A DNA stretch of 64,000 nucleotides, from NCBI GenBank assembly GCA_963814225.1, contig CAWFCC010000016.1:18144-82143 (forward strand). The letters run 5' to 3'. The notes under the pieces were generated by a model, which made no database searches, had not been told where the DNA came from, and saw only the letters and a program-made list of their open reading frames with translations. This document shows positions 9,273 to 20,540 of the stretch, piece after piece (positions within the stretch are counted from its first letter, which is position 1; every line of letters begins with the position of its first letter). Both the position numbers and the translations under genes were made by a program. Origin of the DNA: an uncultured Gammaproteobacteria bacterium (lineage in GTDB: Bacteria > Pseudomonadota > Gammaproteobacteria > Xanthomonadales > Rhodanobacteraceae).

Positions 9273-12272
9273 ATGGCTGTTCGCCCACCCGCCGCTGTCG
9301 TGAAGCCTGTCGTTGCAGGAATGTCCGGCGCGCTCGACGCAACGGTGCCACTCCCGACGTCGATGCTACTCGATCTTTTCAAGGCGACACACACGCAGTC
9401 GCTGGCCGTGGCTGTGCGCCGCATCGCGTGCGAGTGGCTTGGCGCTGCAGGCGCCGACATATATTTGCTTTCCGCCGATGAGCGCACGCGGGAGCCCGAC
9501 CCCGATGCACAGCGTTTGATGCGGCGTGTAGTCGAGACCAACACGCGCGTCGTGGAGACCGGCAGCGTCTCCACCCACACGGCCCAGGTAGCCGCGCCGC
9601 TGCACGTGCAGGGTTTGTTGACCGGCGTGCTGATTGCGACACTTCCCACCGCCGTGTGGGAACGCGAAGAGAGCCGCGCGCGCTGGACGCATCTGCTGCA
9701 ACTGCTCGAATTGCGTCTGGATCAACTGCGCACGTTGAAAGACATGCAGCAGTCGGTCACGCATCTCGAAGAAGCCGAACGTCTGCAGCGCGCACTGTTC
9801 GCCATCGCCGAGCAGGCCAGCGCCGACCGCGACATGCCGGATGTTTTCCGCAGCCTGCACGAGATCGTCGGCAGCCTGATGTATGCGGAAAACTTCTACA
9901 TCGTGCTGTTCGATCCGGTGCGCGAAACACTGCGCTTCGCCTATTTTGTCGATATCGCCGACACCGATCCTCCCGACACCAGCGAAGACGTCGCCATGCG
10001 CGACCGCGTCGGCAGCCTGACCTGGCATCTGCTCAAGCGCGGCTCCGCGATGCGCGGCACGCTGCAACAGATCGAAGCGGAAGTCGGCACCATCGTCAAC
10101 TTCGGTCCGGATTGCGTCGACTGGCTCGGCGTTCCGCTGCTGCGCGGCGGCAAGATCGTCGGCGGTATCGTTGTACAAAGTTATACCGAAGCGGCGCGCT
10201 ACACCGATCGCGATCAGGCGTTGCTCACCTACGTCGCGCAGCACATCCAGACCGCGCTCGAACGCCGATCCGTGCACGAGGAACTCGAACGCCGCGTCGC
10301 CGAACGCACCGATGCGTTGCGCGAAGCGAACCGGCTGTTGCAACAACAAGTGCTCGAACGCCAGCGCGGCGAACGCCTGCAGGCCGCGCTATTCCGCATC
10401 GCCGAACTCGCCAACAGCACCGAATCTCTCGAAGAATTCTATGCAGCCGTGCATCGCGCGGTCGGTGGATTGCTCTACGCGCGCAACTTCTACATCGCGC
10501 TGCTGACCGAAGATCGCGAACATCTCGCGTTTCCGTATTCGGTCGACGAACGCGACGAAAAACGCGCGCCGCGAAAACTCGGCACAGGCTTGACCGAATA
10601 CGTTCTGCGCACCGGCAGCGCACTGCTCGCCGATCGCGCCGGCCTCGAACGCCTTTATCTCAGCGGCGCCGCGCAGCCGATCGGTACGCGCTCGCGAAGC
10701 TGGCTCGGCGTGCCGCTCATTTGCGCCGATCGCACCGTCGGCGTGCTCGTCGTGCAGTCGCATTCCGACGAACACCGCTACACGCCGCGCGATCAGGAAC
10801 TGCTGACGTTCGTTTCGTATCACATCGCGAACGCACTCGAACGCAAGCGCAACGCCGAATCGCTGAAAGAGGCGTACGCCGAACTCGAAGTGCGCGTTAT
10901 CGAACGCACCAGCGAACTCGCCGCGGCCAACCGCGAACTGCGCGAACACATCGGCGTGCGCGAGCGCATGGAACGACAACTCAAGCACGAAACCCTGCAC
11001 GACGCGCTGACTGGCCTGCCGAACCGCAACTTCCTGCTCGACCGGCTGACGCAGGCGCTGGCGCAATTCCAGCGCGATCCGCACGAACGCTTCGCCGTGC
11101 TGTTCCTCGATCTCGATCGTTTCAAGATCATCAACGATTCGGTCGGTCATCTGGTCGGCGACGAACTGCTCAACGAAGTCGGCGGCCGCATTTCCGCGTG
11201 TCTGGAACCGCGCGATCTGGTCGCGCGTCTGGGCGGCGACGAATTCGCGATCCTGCTGCATGACATCCAGAGTATCGAAGACGCCTGCGCACAGGCGCAG
11301 CGCATCATCGATGCGCTCAACGCACCGATCCGGCTTGGCGGTAAAGAAGTCTTTACGTCTACAAGCATCGGCATCGCGATTTCATCCTCGCGCTACCGCA
11401 AGGCCGAAGAACTGCTGCGCGATGCCGACGTCGCCATGTACCGCGCCAAGGACGACGGCCGTCATCGCTACGCCGTCTTCGACGAACATCTGCACAAACG
11501 CGCGATGCAGCTCCTGGAACTGGAAAGCGACCTGCGCCACGCGTTGACGCGCAACGAGTTCATGCCGTACTTCCAGCCGATCGTGCGTCTTTGCGACCAG
11601 GTGGTCGTCGGCTACGAAGCGCTGTTGCGCTGGCTGCATCCGCAACGCGGCGTGCTGACGCCCGGTGATTTCCTCTCCGTCGCCGAAGAAAGCGGCGCGG
11701 CCGAACTCATCGACTGGCAGATGTTCGATCGCGTACTCGAAATCGCGCCGCCGCTGCTCGAAGGCGGCAAATTCATCGGTATCAATCTGTCGGGACGGCA
11801 CTTCCGCTCCGAAACGCTCGACGAAAAACTGCTCGCACTGCTGAGACAGCACAACATCCGTCCGGAAAGCCTGCGTCTGGAAGTGACCGAGCGCATGCTG
11901 ATCGAAAATCCGCCGGCGGCCAAGCGCACACTCGAATCGCTGCGCACGCAGGGGCTGGCGGTGTCGCTCGACGATTTCGGCACCGGTTATTCGTCGCTGA
12001 GTTATCTGCATCAGTTTCCGGTGCAGGCGCTGAAAATCGATCGTTCCTTCATCGCCGATCTCGTCGGCGATGGCAGCGGCGGCAGCGCCGCGGTGGTGCG
12101 CGCGATCCTCGCCTTGGCCGGCGCACTCGGCATGCAGGTGATCGCCGAAGGCATCGAAACGCAGGAGCAGCACGACGCGCTCGTCCAGTTGGGCTGCACA
12201 TTCGGCCAGGGATTTTTCTACGCGCGTCCGCAACCGGCGAGCGTCTGGATAGGACATCCCGCGACCGTCTGA
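9273..12272 (+). CDS. GAF-GAF-GGDEF-EAL c-di-GMP signalling protein
   Basis: Two duplicated GAF units (ERLQxALFxIAE...NFYI...WLGVPL); HDALTGLPNR, ARLGGDEF; YEALLRW, DDFGTGYSSL; start codon uncertain. Confidence 0.93.
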   Translation: MAVRPPAAVVKPVVAGMSGALDATVPLPTSMLLDLFKATHTQSLAVAVRRIACEWLGAAGADIYLLSADERTREPDPDAQRLMRRVVETNTRVVETGSVSTHTAQVAAPLHVQGLLTGVLIATLPTAVWEREESRARWTHLLQLLELRLDQLRTLKDMQQSVTHLEEAERLQRALFAIAEQASADRDMPDVFRSLHEIVGSLMYAENFYIVLFDPVRETLRFAYFVDIADTDPPDTSEDVAMRDRVGSLTWHLLKRGSAMRGTLQQIEAEVGTIVNFGPDCVDWLGVPLLRGGKIVGGIVVQSYTEAARYTDRDQALLTYVAQHIQTALERRSVHEELERRVAERTDALREANRLLQQQVLERQRGERLQAALFRIAELANSTESLEEFYAAVHRAVGGLLYARNFYIALLTEDREHLAFPYSVDERDEKRAPRKLGTGLTEYVLRTGSALLADRAGLERLYLSGAAQPIGTRSRSWLGVPLICADRTVGVLVVQSHSDEHRYTPRDQELLTFVSYHIANALERKRNAESLKEAYAELEVRVIERTSELAAANRELREHIGVRERMERQLKHETLHDALTGLPNRNFLLDRLTQALAQFQRDPHERFAVLFLDLDRFKIINDSVGHLVGDELLNEVGGRISACLEPRDLVARLGGDEFAILLHDIQSIEDACAQAQRIIDALNAPIRLGGKEVFTSTSIGIAISSSRYRKAEELLRDADVAMYRAKDDGRHRYAVFDEHLHKRAMQLLELESDLRHALTRNEFMPYFQPIVRLCDQVVVGYEALLRWLHPQRGVLTPGDFLSVAEESGAAELIDWQMFDRVLEIAPPLLEGGKFIGINLSGRHFRSETLDEKLLALLRQHNIRPESLRLEVTERMLIENPPAAKRTLESLRTQGLAVSLDDFGTGYSSLSYLHQFPVQALKIDRSFIADLVGDGSGGSAAVVRAILALAGALGMQVIAEGIETQEQHDALVQLGCTFGQGFFYARPQPASVWIGHPATV

Positions 12273-12289
12273 CGGCGCGATGTGCGCCG

Positions 12290-13036
12290 ATGGCAAAAAG
12301 AACCGACGACAACTCCAGAACGCCGCCGCCGAAACGTCGCGGCGTACTTCGTCGCATCGGCAAATGGCTGTTGATCCTTGCGCTTGCGTGGTTCGCGATC
12401 ACTTGGCTTCTGGTTCTCGTCTTCCGTTTCGTGCCGCCGCCGACATCCGCTTTCATGATCGAACGCAGCATCGCCGCGACGGTTCACGGCGAAAAGAATT
12501 TCTCGGTCAAATATCGATGGACGCCATGGTCCGGCATCTCCACTGAACTGCCGATCGCGATCGTCGCCTCGGAAGATCAGAAGTTTCCTTTCCATCACGG
12601 CTTCGACGTGCAAGCGATCCAGCAGGCGATGGACGAAGCCGATGATGGCGAACGTCTGCGCGGCGCGAGCACGATTTCGCAGCAAACGGCGAAAAATCTT
12701 TTCCTGTGGGGCGGACGCAGCTTCGTGCGCAAAGGTCTCGAAGCGTATTTCACCGTGCTGATCGAAGTGACGTGGCCGAAGCGCCGGATTCTCGAGGTCT
12801 ACATCAACATTGCCGAATTCGGCGACGGAATTTATGGAGCCGATGCAGCGGCGCGCGCGTTCTTTCATAAGCCGCCATCGCAGCTCACGGCGCGCGAAGC
12901 GGCGCTGCTCGCGTCAGTTTTGCCGAATCCGAAGAAGATGCACGCCGATCATGCAACGCCATATCTCGACAGTCGCGCCGAATGGATCGAGCGGCAAGTG
13001 CGCCAGCTCGGCGGCGTCAGCTATTTGCCGCGCTGA
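12290..13036 (+). CDS. mtgA: Monofunctional biosynthetic peptidoglycan transglycosylase
   Basis: ASEDQKFPFHHGFD, RGASTISQQTAKNLFLW, RKGLE. Confidence 0.96.
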   Translation: MAKRTDDNSRTPPPKRRGVLRRIGKWLLILALAWFAITWLLVLVFRFVPPPTSAFMIERSIAATVHGEKNFSVKYRWTPWSGISTELPIAIVASEDQKFPFHHGFDVQAIQQAMDEADDGERLRGASTISQQTAKNLFLWGGRSFVRKGLEAYFTVLIEVTWPKRRILEVYINIAEFGDGIYGADAAARAFFHKPPSQLTAREAALLASVLPNPKKMHADHATPYLDSRAEWIERQVRQLGGVSYLPR

Positions 13037-13114
13037 TCTTCGCGATTCTCGATCGCCAATTTGATTGGACGCGGTGATCCGCTACGATGCGCGCTCGCAT
13101 CGGCGCATCTCTTC

Positions 13115-14080
13115 ATGCAGAAACTCACGGTCGTCGTTCCCGCGTTCAACGAAAGTTCGAGTCTGCGCGAATTCCACGCGCGGCTCGCGCCGGTGCTCGA
13201 CAAACTCGGCCCCGATCTCGCCGGCGACGTGCTCTATGTCGACGACGGCAGCCGCGACGATACGTGGGACGTCATCCGCTCGCTGCACGCATCCGATCCG
13301 CGCGCGGCGGGATTGAAGCTCAGCCGCAACTTCGGCAAGGAGCACGCGATGACGGCCGGCCTCGATCACACCGACGCCGATGCGATCGTGATGATCGACG
13401 CCGATCTGCAGGACCCGCCCGAACTGATTCCCGAGTTCGTGAAAAAGTGGCGCGAAGGATTCGATGTCGTCTATGGCACGCGCTCCAGCCGCGCCGGTGA
13501 AAGCGCGGCGAAGAAAATCACGGCATCGGCGTTTTATCGCGTGATGGAACGTTTGAGTTCGACGCCCGTTCCGCGCGATACCGGCGATTTCCGCCTGATG
13601 AATCGACGCGCTGTGCAGGCGCTCGGTCAACTGCGCGAACGCCAGCGCTTCATGAAAGGTCTGTTTGCATGGGTCGGCTATAAACAAACGTCGATTGAAT
13701 ACGAACGCGACGCGCGCTTCGCCGGCACCAGCAAATTCAACTATTGGCGATTGTGGAATTTCGCCATCGAAGGCATCACGTCGTTCTCGGGCGCGCCGCT
13801 CAAAGTCGCGACGTACATCGGCGTGCTGACGGCGATGCTCTCGTTCCTGTTCGGCACGTATGTGCTCGTAAAAGCGTTGCTGTTCGGCGACGCAGTGCGC
13901 GGCTATCCGACGCTGATGCTCGTGATCCTTTTCCTCGGCGGCGTGCAGCTCATCGCGCTGGGCATGATCGGCGAATATCTCGGACGTCTATATCTCGAAT
14001 CGAAACAGCGTCCGCTGTATCTCGTCGACGAATTCGTCGCTGCGGAAACGAAACAGCCCGCCGAAGCGGGCCGTTCCTGA
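13115..14080 (+). CDS. GT2 polyprenol-phosphate glycosyltransferase (GtrB-like)
   Basis: VVVPAFNE, VDDGSRD, SRNFGKE, DADLQDPP, GDFRL, two C-terminal TM helices. Confidence 0.93.
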   Translation: MQKLTVVVPAFNESSSLREFHARLAPVLDKLGPDLAGDVLYVDDGSRDDTWDVIRSLHASDPRAAGLKLSRNFGKEHAMTAGLDHTDADAIVMIDADLQDPPELIPEFVKKWREGFDVVYGTRSSRAGESAAKKITASAFYRVMERLSSTPVPRDTGDFRLMNRRAVQALGQLRERQRFMKGLFAWVGYKQTSIEYERDARFAGTSKFNYWRLWNFAIEGITSFSGAPLKVATYIGVLTAMLSFLFGTYVLVKALLFGDAVRGYPTLMLVILFLGGVQLIALGMIGEYLGRLYLESKQRPLYLVDEFVAAETKQPAEAGRS

Positions 14081-14098
14081 CCGACGAACGCTTCCTAA

Positions 14099-14995
14099 TC
14101 AGCGGTTCGTCGAACTGAGCGACGCGACGCCGGTCTGCACGACCACCTCGACGCGCCGATTCTGCTGACGTCCGGCTTCCGTCGCATTCGACGCGACCGG
14201 ATAATCCTGACCCAGACCTTGCGTCGTGACGCGCGATGGATCCACGCCGCGGCCGACCAGATATGCCTTCACCGATTCTGCACGCGCCAGCGACAACGCT
14301 TCGTTGTGCTGCACCGAACCGGTCGAGTCGGTGTGACCTTCGATCGAGATCGTCGCACGGCGATCATCATTCAGCGCCGTCGCGAGCTGATCGAGCGTGC
14401 GCGCGGCACCGGGTTTCAACTCGGCGCGATCGACTTCGAACAGCACATCGCCGAGCGTGACGACGTAACCGGTCTGCGTCTGCTGCGCCTGCAACTGCGA
14501 AAGATCGGCACGCAACTGCACCGATTCCGCGCGCGATGCCGCTGCATCCTGCTGCGCGAGCGCCGCATTCTGCTGCGCTTGCGCGGCGGCGGCCTGCGCG
14601 TCGGCGGCGGCCATCTGCGCATCGCGCAACTGATGCGTGCGCGAATCGACCATCAGACGATCGCGTTCCGCGCCGAGATCGCGCGTGCGCGATTCCGAAT
14701 AGCGCGCGAGACCGGCGGCTTCGGCGGTCATGACCAGACGATCGGCGATATAGATGCGATGCTGATAATCGCGCGGCTCCATCCGACGTCCGTTGAGAGC
14801 GAGATCGGAAACCAGTCCATCCGCATCACGCAACTCGTTACCTGCATTCGGCGCGATCCGCGGATCGCTGTGCAGCCGATCGAGTTCATTCTGCAAACGC
14901 ACCACTTCCGGCGGCGGACCTGGCGGTGTGGTCGCGCACGCGCCGAGCAGCGACGTGAGCGCGACGCTCAATCCTAATTTGGCAAGACGATTCAT
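14099..14995 (-). CDS. OmpA-family lipoprotein
   Basis: Lipobox LGAC; OmpA C-terminal domain IEGHTDSTG...NEALSLARAESV...NRRVEV. Confidence 0.92.
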   Translation of the reverse strand: MNRLAKLGLSVALTSLLGACATTPPGPPPEVVRLQNELDRLHSDPRIAPNAGNELRDADGLVSDLALNGRRMEPRDYQHRIYIADRLVMTAEAAGLARYSESRTRDLGAERDRLMVDSRTHQLRDAQMAAADAQAAAAQAQQNAALAQQDAAASRAESVQLRADLSQLQAQQTQTGYVVTLGDVLFEVDRAELKPGAARTLDQLATALNDDRRATISIEGHTDSTGSVQHNEALSLARAESVKAYLVGRGVDPSRVTTQGLGQDYPVASNATEAGRQQNRRVEVVVQTGVASLSSTNR

Positions 14996-15363
14996 GGCTG
15001 TCCTCCTGACACGCCGACCTGCTCACGCAGGCTGCGTACGGTGCGTTCGAGTTCGTTGGTGGTCGCTTCCGCGCGATGCTCGCGGCTGCGGGCGGTGGCG
15101 AGATTCGCGTCGGCCTTCGAGTTGTCGGCGGCGAACGCGGCGTCGGTCCAGTTGCGGTGGTCGTACGCGGCTTGTGCGCTGGCGAACATGTCGTGCGCGG
15201 TGTTCAAATCCGTCGGTGCGTATTGCGCGGCGTCGGCACTTTCAGCCGCTTGAATCGATGCACCGGCTTCGGCCATCGCGAGGTCTGCGTCTTTCCGATC
15301 CATTGCATACGCGGTGAACGGCAGCGCGAGAACCAGCGCGGCCGCAAGCAGCTTCCTTTTCAT
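14992..15363 (-). CDS. DUF4398-like exported protein
   Basis: Signal peptide MKRKLLAAAL; AAQYAPTDLNTA...ADANLATARSR; ATGA overlap with the ompA-like gene. Confidence 0.8.
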   Translation of the reverse strand: MKRKLLAAALVLALPFTAYAMDRKDADLAMAEAGASIQAAESADAAQYAPTDLNTAHDMFASAQAAYDHRNWTDAAFAADNSKADANLATARSREHRAEATTNELERTVRSLREQVGVSGGQP

Positions 15364-15610
15364 GACGATCTCCTTTCCCAAAAAGGCGGGCGCACTTCGG
15401 AGAGCAATCCGCATGCCGCTCGTGCAATCCGTGGCGGCGCGTGCAAAGCGCTGATATGAAGACAAAAACGCCGGTTTAATTCAGGTTTAGCTGCGTGAGT
15501 TTTGTGCAAGTTGCGCGTCAGATTTACGCATTCCGTGCAAGATGCGAGGACGTATCACGCCTCGTGAAGAGGCGTAGAATCGAATCACGATTTTCGACGC
15601 AGGAGGCGTT

Positions 15611-16040
15611 ATGCGACTGGTCAAACATCTGCTCGAAGGCAAGGGATCAGCGATCTACTCGATCGCGCCATCCGCACCGACCATCGACGCGGTCCGTTCG
15701 ATGGCGGAGAGCGGCGTCGGCGCGCTGGTCGTGATGGAAGGGGCGCAACTTGTCGGCATCGTGTCCGAAAGAGACTATGCGCGAAAGGTTATCCTCAACG
15801 GGAAGTCGTCGAAGGACACGCCGGTCAGCGAAATCATGTCGGCGCCGGTGCATGACGGTCGCGCCGGGCGATAGCATCAATCACTGTATGAAGCAGGTCA
15901 CCGTCCACCGCATCCGGCATCTGCCGGTGGTGGAAAATGACAAAGTGATCGGAATGCTGTCGATCGGCGATCTGGTCAAAGCCGTGATCGACGACCAGGC
16001 CGAACAACTGGAGCATCTGCAGAAGTACATCGCGGGCTAG
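15611..16040 (+). CDS. CBS-domain protein (one frameshift near 15850)
   Basis: LVGIVSERDYARKV in one frame, RIRHLPVV...SIGDLVK...LQKYIAG in the next. Confidence 0.9.
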
Positions 16041-16086
16041 ATCCACCGCGGCGAGGGGCGCGGGCAATGAAATTCTTCATCAAATC

Positions 16087-16638
16087 ATGAGTTTGGATCC
16101 ATCGCTGCGCGCGCGCCTGCAGCAGCTTCTGCACGATTACGGGCGCAAGGTGCGCCTGCTGATCGACAAGCACGGTCTGGCCCAGTACGGCATCGATCCC
16201 GCCGATATCGAGCAGGAAGTGCGCATCCGCCTCTGGCGCGCGCTGGAGCGTGACCGGAATGCGGCCTTCCATACGTCTTATATACAGAGAACGGTGCTGT
16301 CGACGGTGGTGGATGCCATTCGAGCGGCCAGTTCCCGCCACGCCGAGCCGCTGCCGGAAGAACATTCCGAAGGCGGATTCGAACTGGTGGAGTCCTCGGC
16401 GGGTCCGGAAAGAACAGCCGGTTCGACGCAGGATTTCGGAGCAATCACAGCGTGCATGGCCGAGTTGCCGGAGAGAAGGCGCCAAGCCGTCGCGCTGCAT
16501 CTGCAAGGGTTCAGCTTTCGCGAGATCGGCGGATTTTTCGGCGTCTCGGAAGAAGCGGCAAGAAAACTGCTTGATCGCGGCATGGAAACATTACGCGAGC
16601 GGCTGAAGACGCAAGGTTATGGAGAGTTCGATGAATAA
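16087..16638 (+). CDS. ECF-type RNA polymerase sigma factor
   Basis: Region 2 (DIEQEVRIRLWR...VDAIR) and region 4 (LPERRRQAVALHLQGFSFREIG...RGMETLRERL). Confidence 0.9.
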   Translation: MSLDPSLRARLQQLLHDYGRKVRLLIDKHGLAQYGIDPADIEQEVRIRLWRALERDRNAAFHTSYIQRTVLSTVVDAIRAASSRHAEPLPEEHSEGGFELVESSAGPERTAGSTQDFGAITACMAELPERRRQAVALHLQGFSFREIGGFFGVSEEAARKLLDRGMETLRERLKTQGYGEFDE

Positions 16639-17152
16639 GCCAAACTTGAGCCATATCTATCGCAGCGGAACGCGCAATGCCGCGGCCGACGCGCTCGACG
16701 TCGAAGCCATCGCCTGGCTCGCAGGCGGTTCGGCGACAGACGCGCAGCTCGATCGCATTGCAAGCTCCGCGCTGCATGCCGATCTGATCCATTTCGCGCG
16801 CGATCTCGAAAACGAATCCATCGAACTGAGCGCGAGCGTTTCCGGTTTGCTGCGTGCCGACAGTGCGGCGCATCGTCGCGCGAATCCGGCACGTCGTTCG
16901 GCGAACGGACGTCGCGGCTGGCGCATTGCATCGGCCATCGCGGCCAGTTTTGTCGCGGCGGTCGTGTTCTGGAACGTCGGCAAGATGCAACCGCATCAAT
17001 CCGCACCGGCGAGCACGACCACGGTTGCATCCGACCGCATTTTCAACGCGCTCGATGACCGAGGAATCGCGCAGCAATCGTCACGCCCGGATCAGATCTT
17101 CAACGGCGCGTTCCACTCCGACGAGATTTTCAACTCGCGCACCGGCGGCTAA
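16631..17152 (+). CDS. Putative single-pass anti-sigma factor with three C-terminal D-x-I-F-N repeats
   Basis: Overlaps the sigma gene stop; Arg-rich stretch then TM helix IASAIAASFVAAVVFW; tail DRIFNALD..DQIFNGAF..DEIFNS. Confidence 0.7.
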   Translation: MNKPNLSHIYRSGTRNAAADALDVEAIAWLAGGSATDAQLDRIASSALHADLIHFARDLENESIELSASVSGLLRADSAAHRRANPARRSANGRRGWRIASAIAASFVAAVVFWNVGKMQPHQSAPASTTTVASDRIFNALDDRGIAQQSSRPDQIFNGAFHSDEIFNSRTGG

Positions 17153-17172
17153 ATTTTTCGATATCGAACAAG

Positions 17173-17200
17173 AAAGCGCCCAGCTCGTCTGGGCGTTTTT
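17173..17200 (+). terminator. Rho-independent terminator
   Basis: GCGCCCAG-ctcgt-CTGGGCGT followed by TTTT. Confidence 0.75.
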
Positions 17201-17231
17201 CGTTTCGCTGGCCGTGATTTTCGTCTTAGCT

Positions 17232-17259
17232 CGTCATTCCAGCGCACGCTGGAATCCAG
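17232..17259. repeat. REP element (CGTC-type)
   Basis: CGTCATTCCAGCGCACGCTGGAATCCAG; same family as the copies at 30290 and 40864. Confidence 0.8.
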
Positions 17260-17262
17260 CCT

Positions 17263-18864
<1,602 letters not shown>

Positions 18865-19023
18865 GGCAATACAACTTCGTGGGCCGCGCATTATACGTTT
18901 TGCGGTGTGCCGCGACCGCGCAACATTGCAACCCGCACGACGCGCAGCGCTGGCCGGAATTTTTCCGCTTGTCTATACTTCATGGACAATTCCTTCGTTG
19001 CTTACTTCATTACAGGGGCTGTC

Positions 19024-20492
19024 ATGAATTCGATCTCGCTGCGCTCGCGCCGGCTGTTGCCGCTTGCGATCGCTCTCGCTCTGGGCGTGCCCGCGGCCGA
19101 TGCCGCCACCATTACTGTCACTACAGGCGGCGACGCCGGCACCGCGAGCACCTGCACGTTGCGCCAGGCGCTGGATTCGGCGAACAACGACAGCGCCGGC
19201 ACCAGCAACTGCACGGCGGGTTCGGGCGACGACGCCGTCACCTTCGCGAACAACCTGCGCAACTCGACCATCACGCTTGCCGGCGGCGCGTTGCACATCA
19301 GCTCCAACGTGACCGTCACCGGCACCTCGCAGACGATCGATGCAAACGGCGAGTCGCCGGTGCTATACATCGATTCGACGGCGGTGACTACGTTGTCTTA
19401 CCTCACGCTGACCGGTGGCGACAGCGGTCTGTCGCTTTATGCGGGCGGCATCAACATCGTGAGCCCGCAGCCGCCGAGCCAGTCCGGCACTCGCTTTCAG
19501 TGTCAGCGCAGATCTACAGCGGCGCGCGAAGCCGATCGAAAAACGTGGCGCAAGCCGGCCAGGGCACCTCGCTCAGCCACGTCACGATCACCGGCAATAC
19601 ATCGAAGTACGCAGGCGGTCATGCTCGTCGACGACGGCTACACGACGCTGTATCAAAGCACGATCTCCAATAACACTGCGACCGGAAATGCGACCCGTTC
19701 AGCGCGGGCGGCGTGGTCGCCTCGAACTCGTCCGTGCTCGCCTATGCTTCGACGATTTCCGGAAACTCCGTCCCCGCCGGCAGAAGTCCAGCGACCGGTG
19801 GCATCGGCAGCTATTTCTCGCTCATCGGTCTCATCGACAGCACGATCGCAGGCAATTCGGCCACCGGCACCAATCTCGCGGCAGGCGCCGTCGCACAATC
19901 GTCGCCCGATGGCGGCAGCGGCAAATACGGGCTCATCACGCTCAACAGCACCATCAGCGGCAACTCGGCGACATCGACGGGTGCGGACCTCACCGGCGGC
20001 GTGCTGCTCGGCGGCGGTTCCGGTTATGGCGCCGCCTATTTCGCCAACTCGATCCTCGATGGCAATACGGCATCCAGCGGCAGCACGCCCAACCTGGATG
20101 TCGTCGGCACCGCGCAAAGCCAGGCCAAGTACAGCCTGCTCGGCACCGAACTTCAGGCGACATTGACCGGCAATAAGAACGTATTCGCGGCCGACCCGAA
20201 ACTCGGGCCGCTGGCCAACAACGGCGGTCCCACGCGGACGCGCGCGTTGTTGCCCGGCAGTCCCGCCATCAATGCGGGCAGCAACGACTCGGCGTCCAGC
20301 ATCGAGTTCGACCAACGCGGCGCCGGATTCCCGCGCGTCGCCGGACCCAACGTGGACATTGGTGCGTTCGAAGTCCAATCGGCGGCCGTAGCGACCACCG
20401 TTCCGGCACCGGCGTTGTCGACGTGGGGCGCCGCGCTGCTCGGTGGATTGCTGGCCCTGTTCGGCCTTGCAACGCGACGTCGACGAAACTGA
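19024..20492 (+). CDS. Secreted beta-helix / choice-of-anchor Q protein with IPTL-CTERM-like sorting tail (frameshifted)
   Basis: Signal peptide; CTLRQA (CSLREA-like) motif; STISGN repeats; LGPLANNGGPT...PGSPAINAG...DQRG...DIGAFE; tail VPAPALSTWGAALLGGLLALFGLATRRRRN. Confidence 0.85.
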
Positions 20493-20540
20493 TCTGCATC
20501 GTCGCGCGTCGCTGCACGCGTCGCGCGACTTCACCGCATC

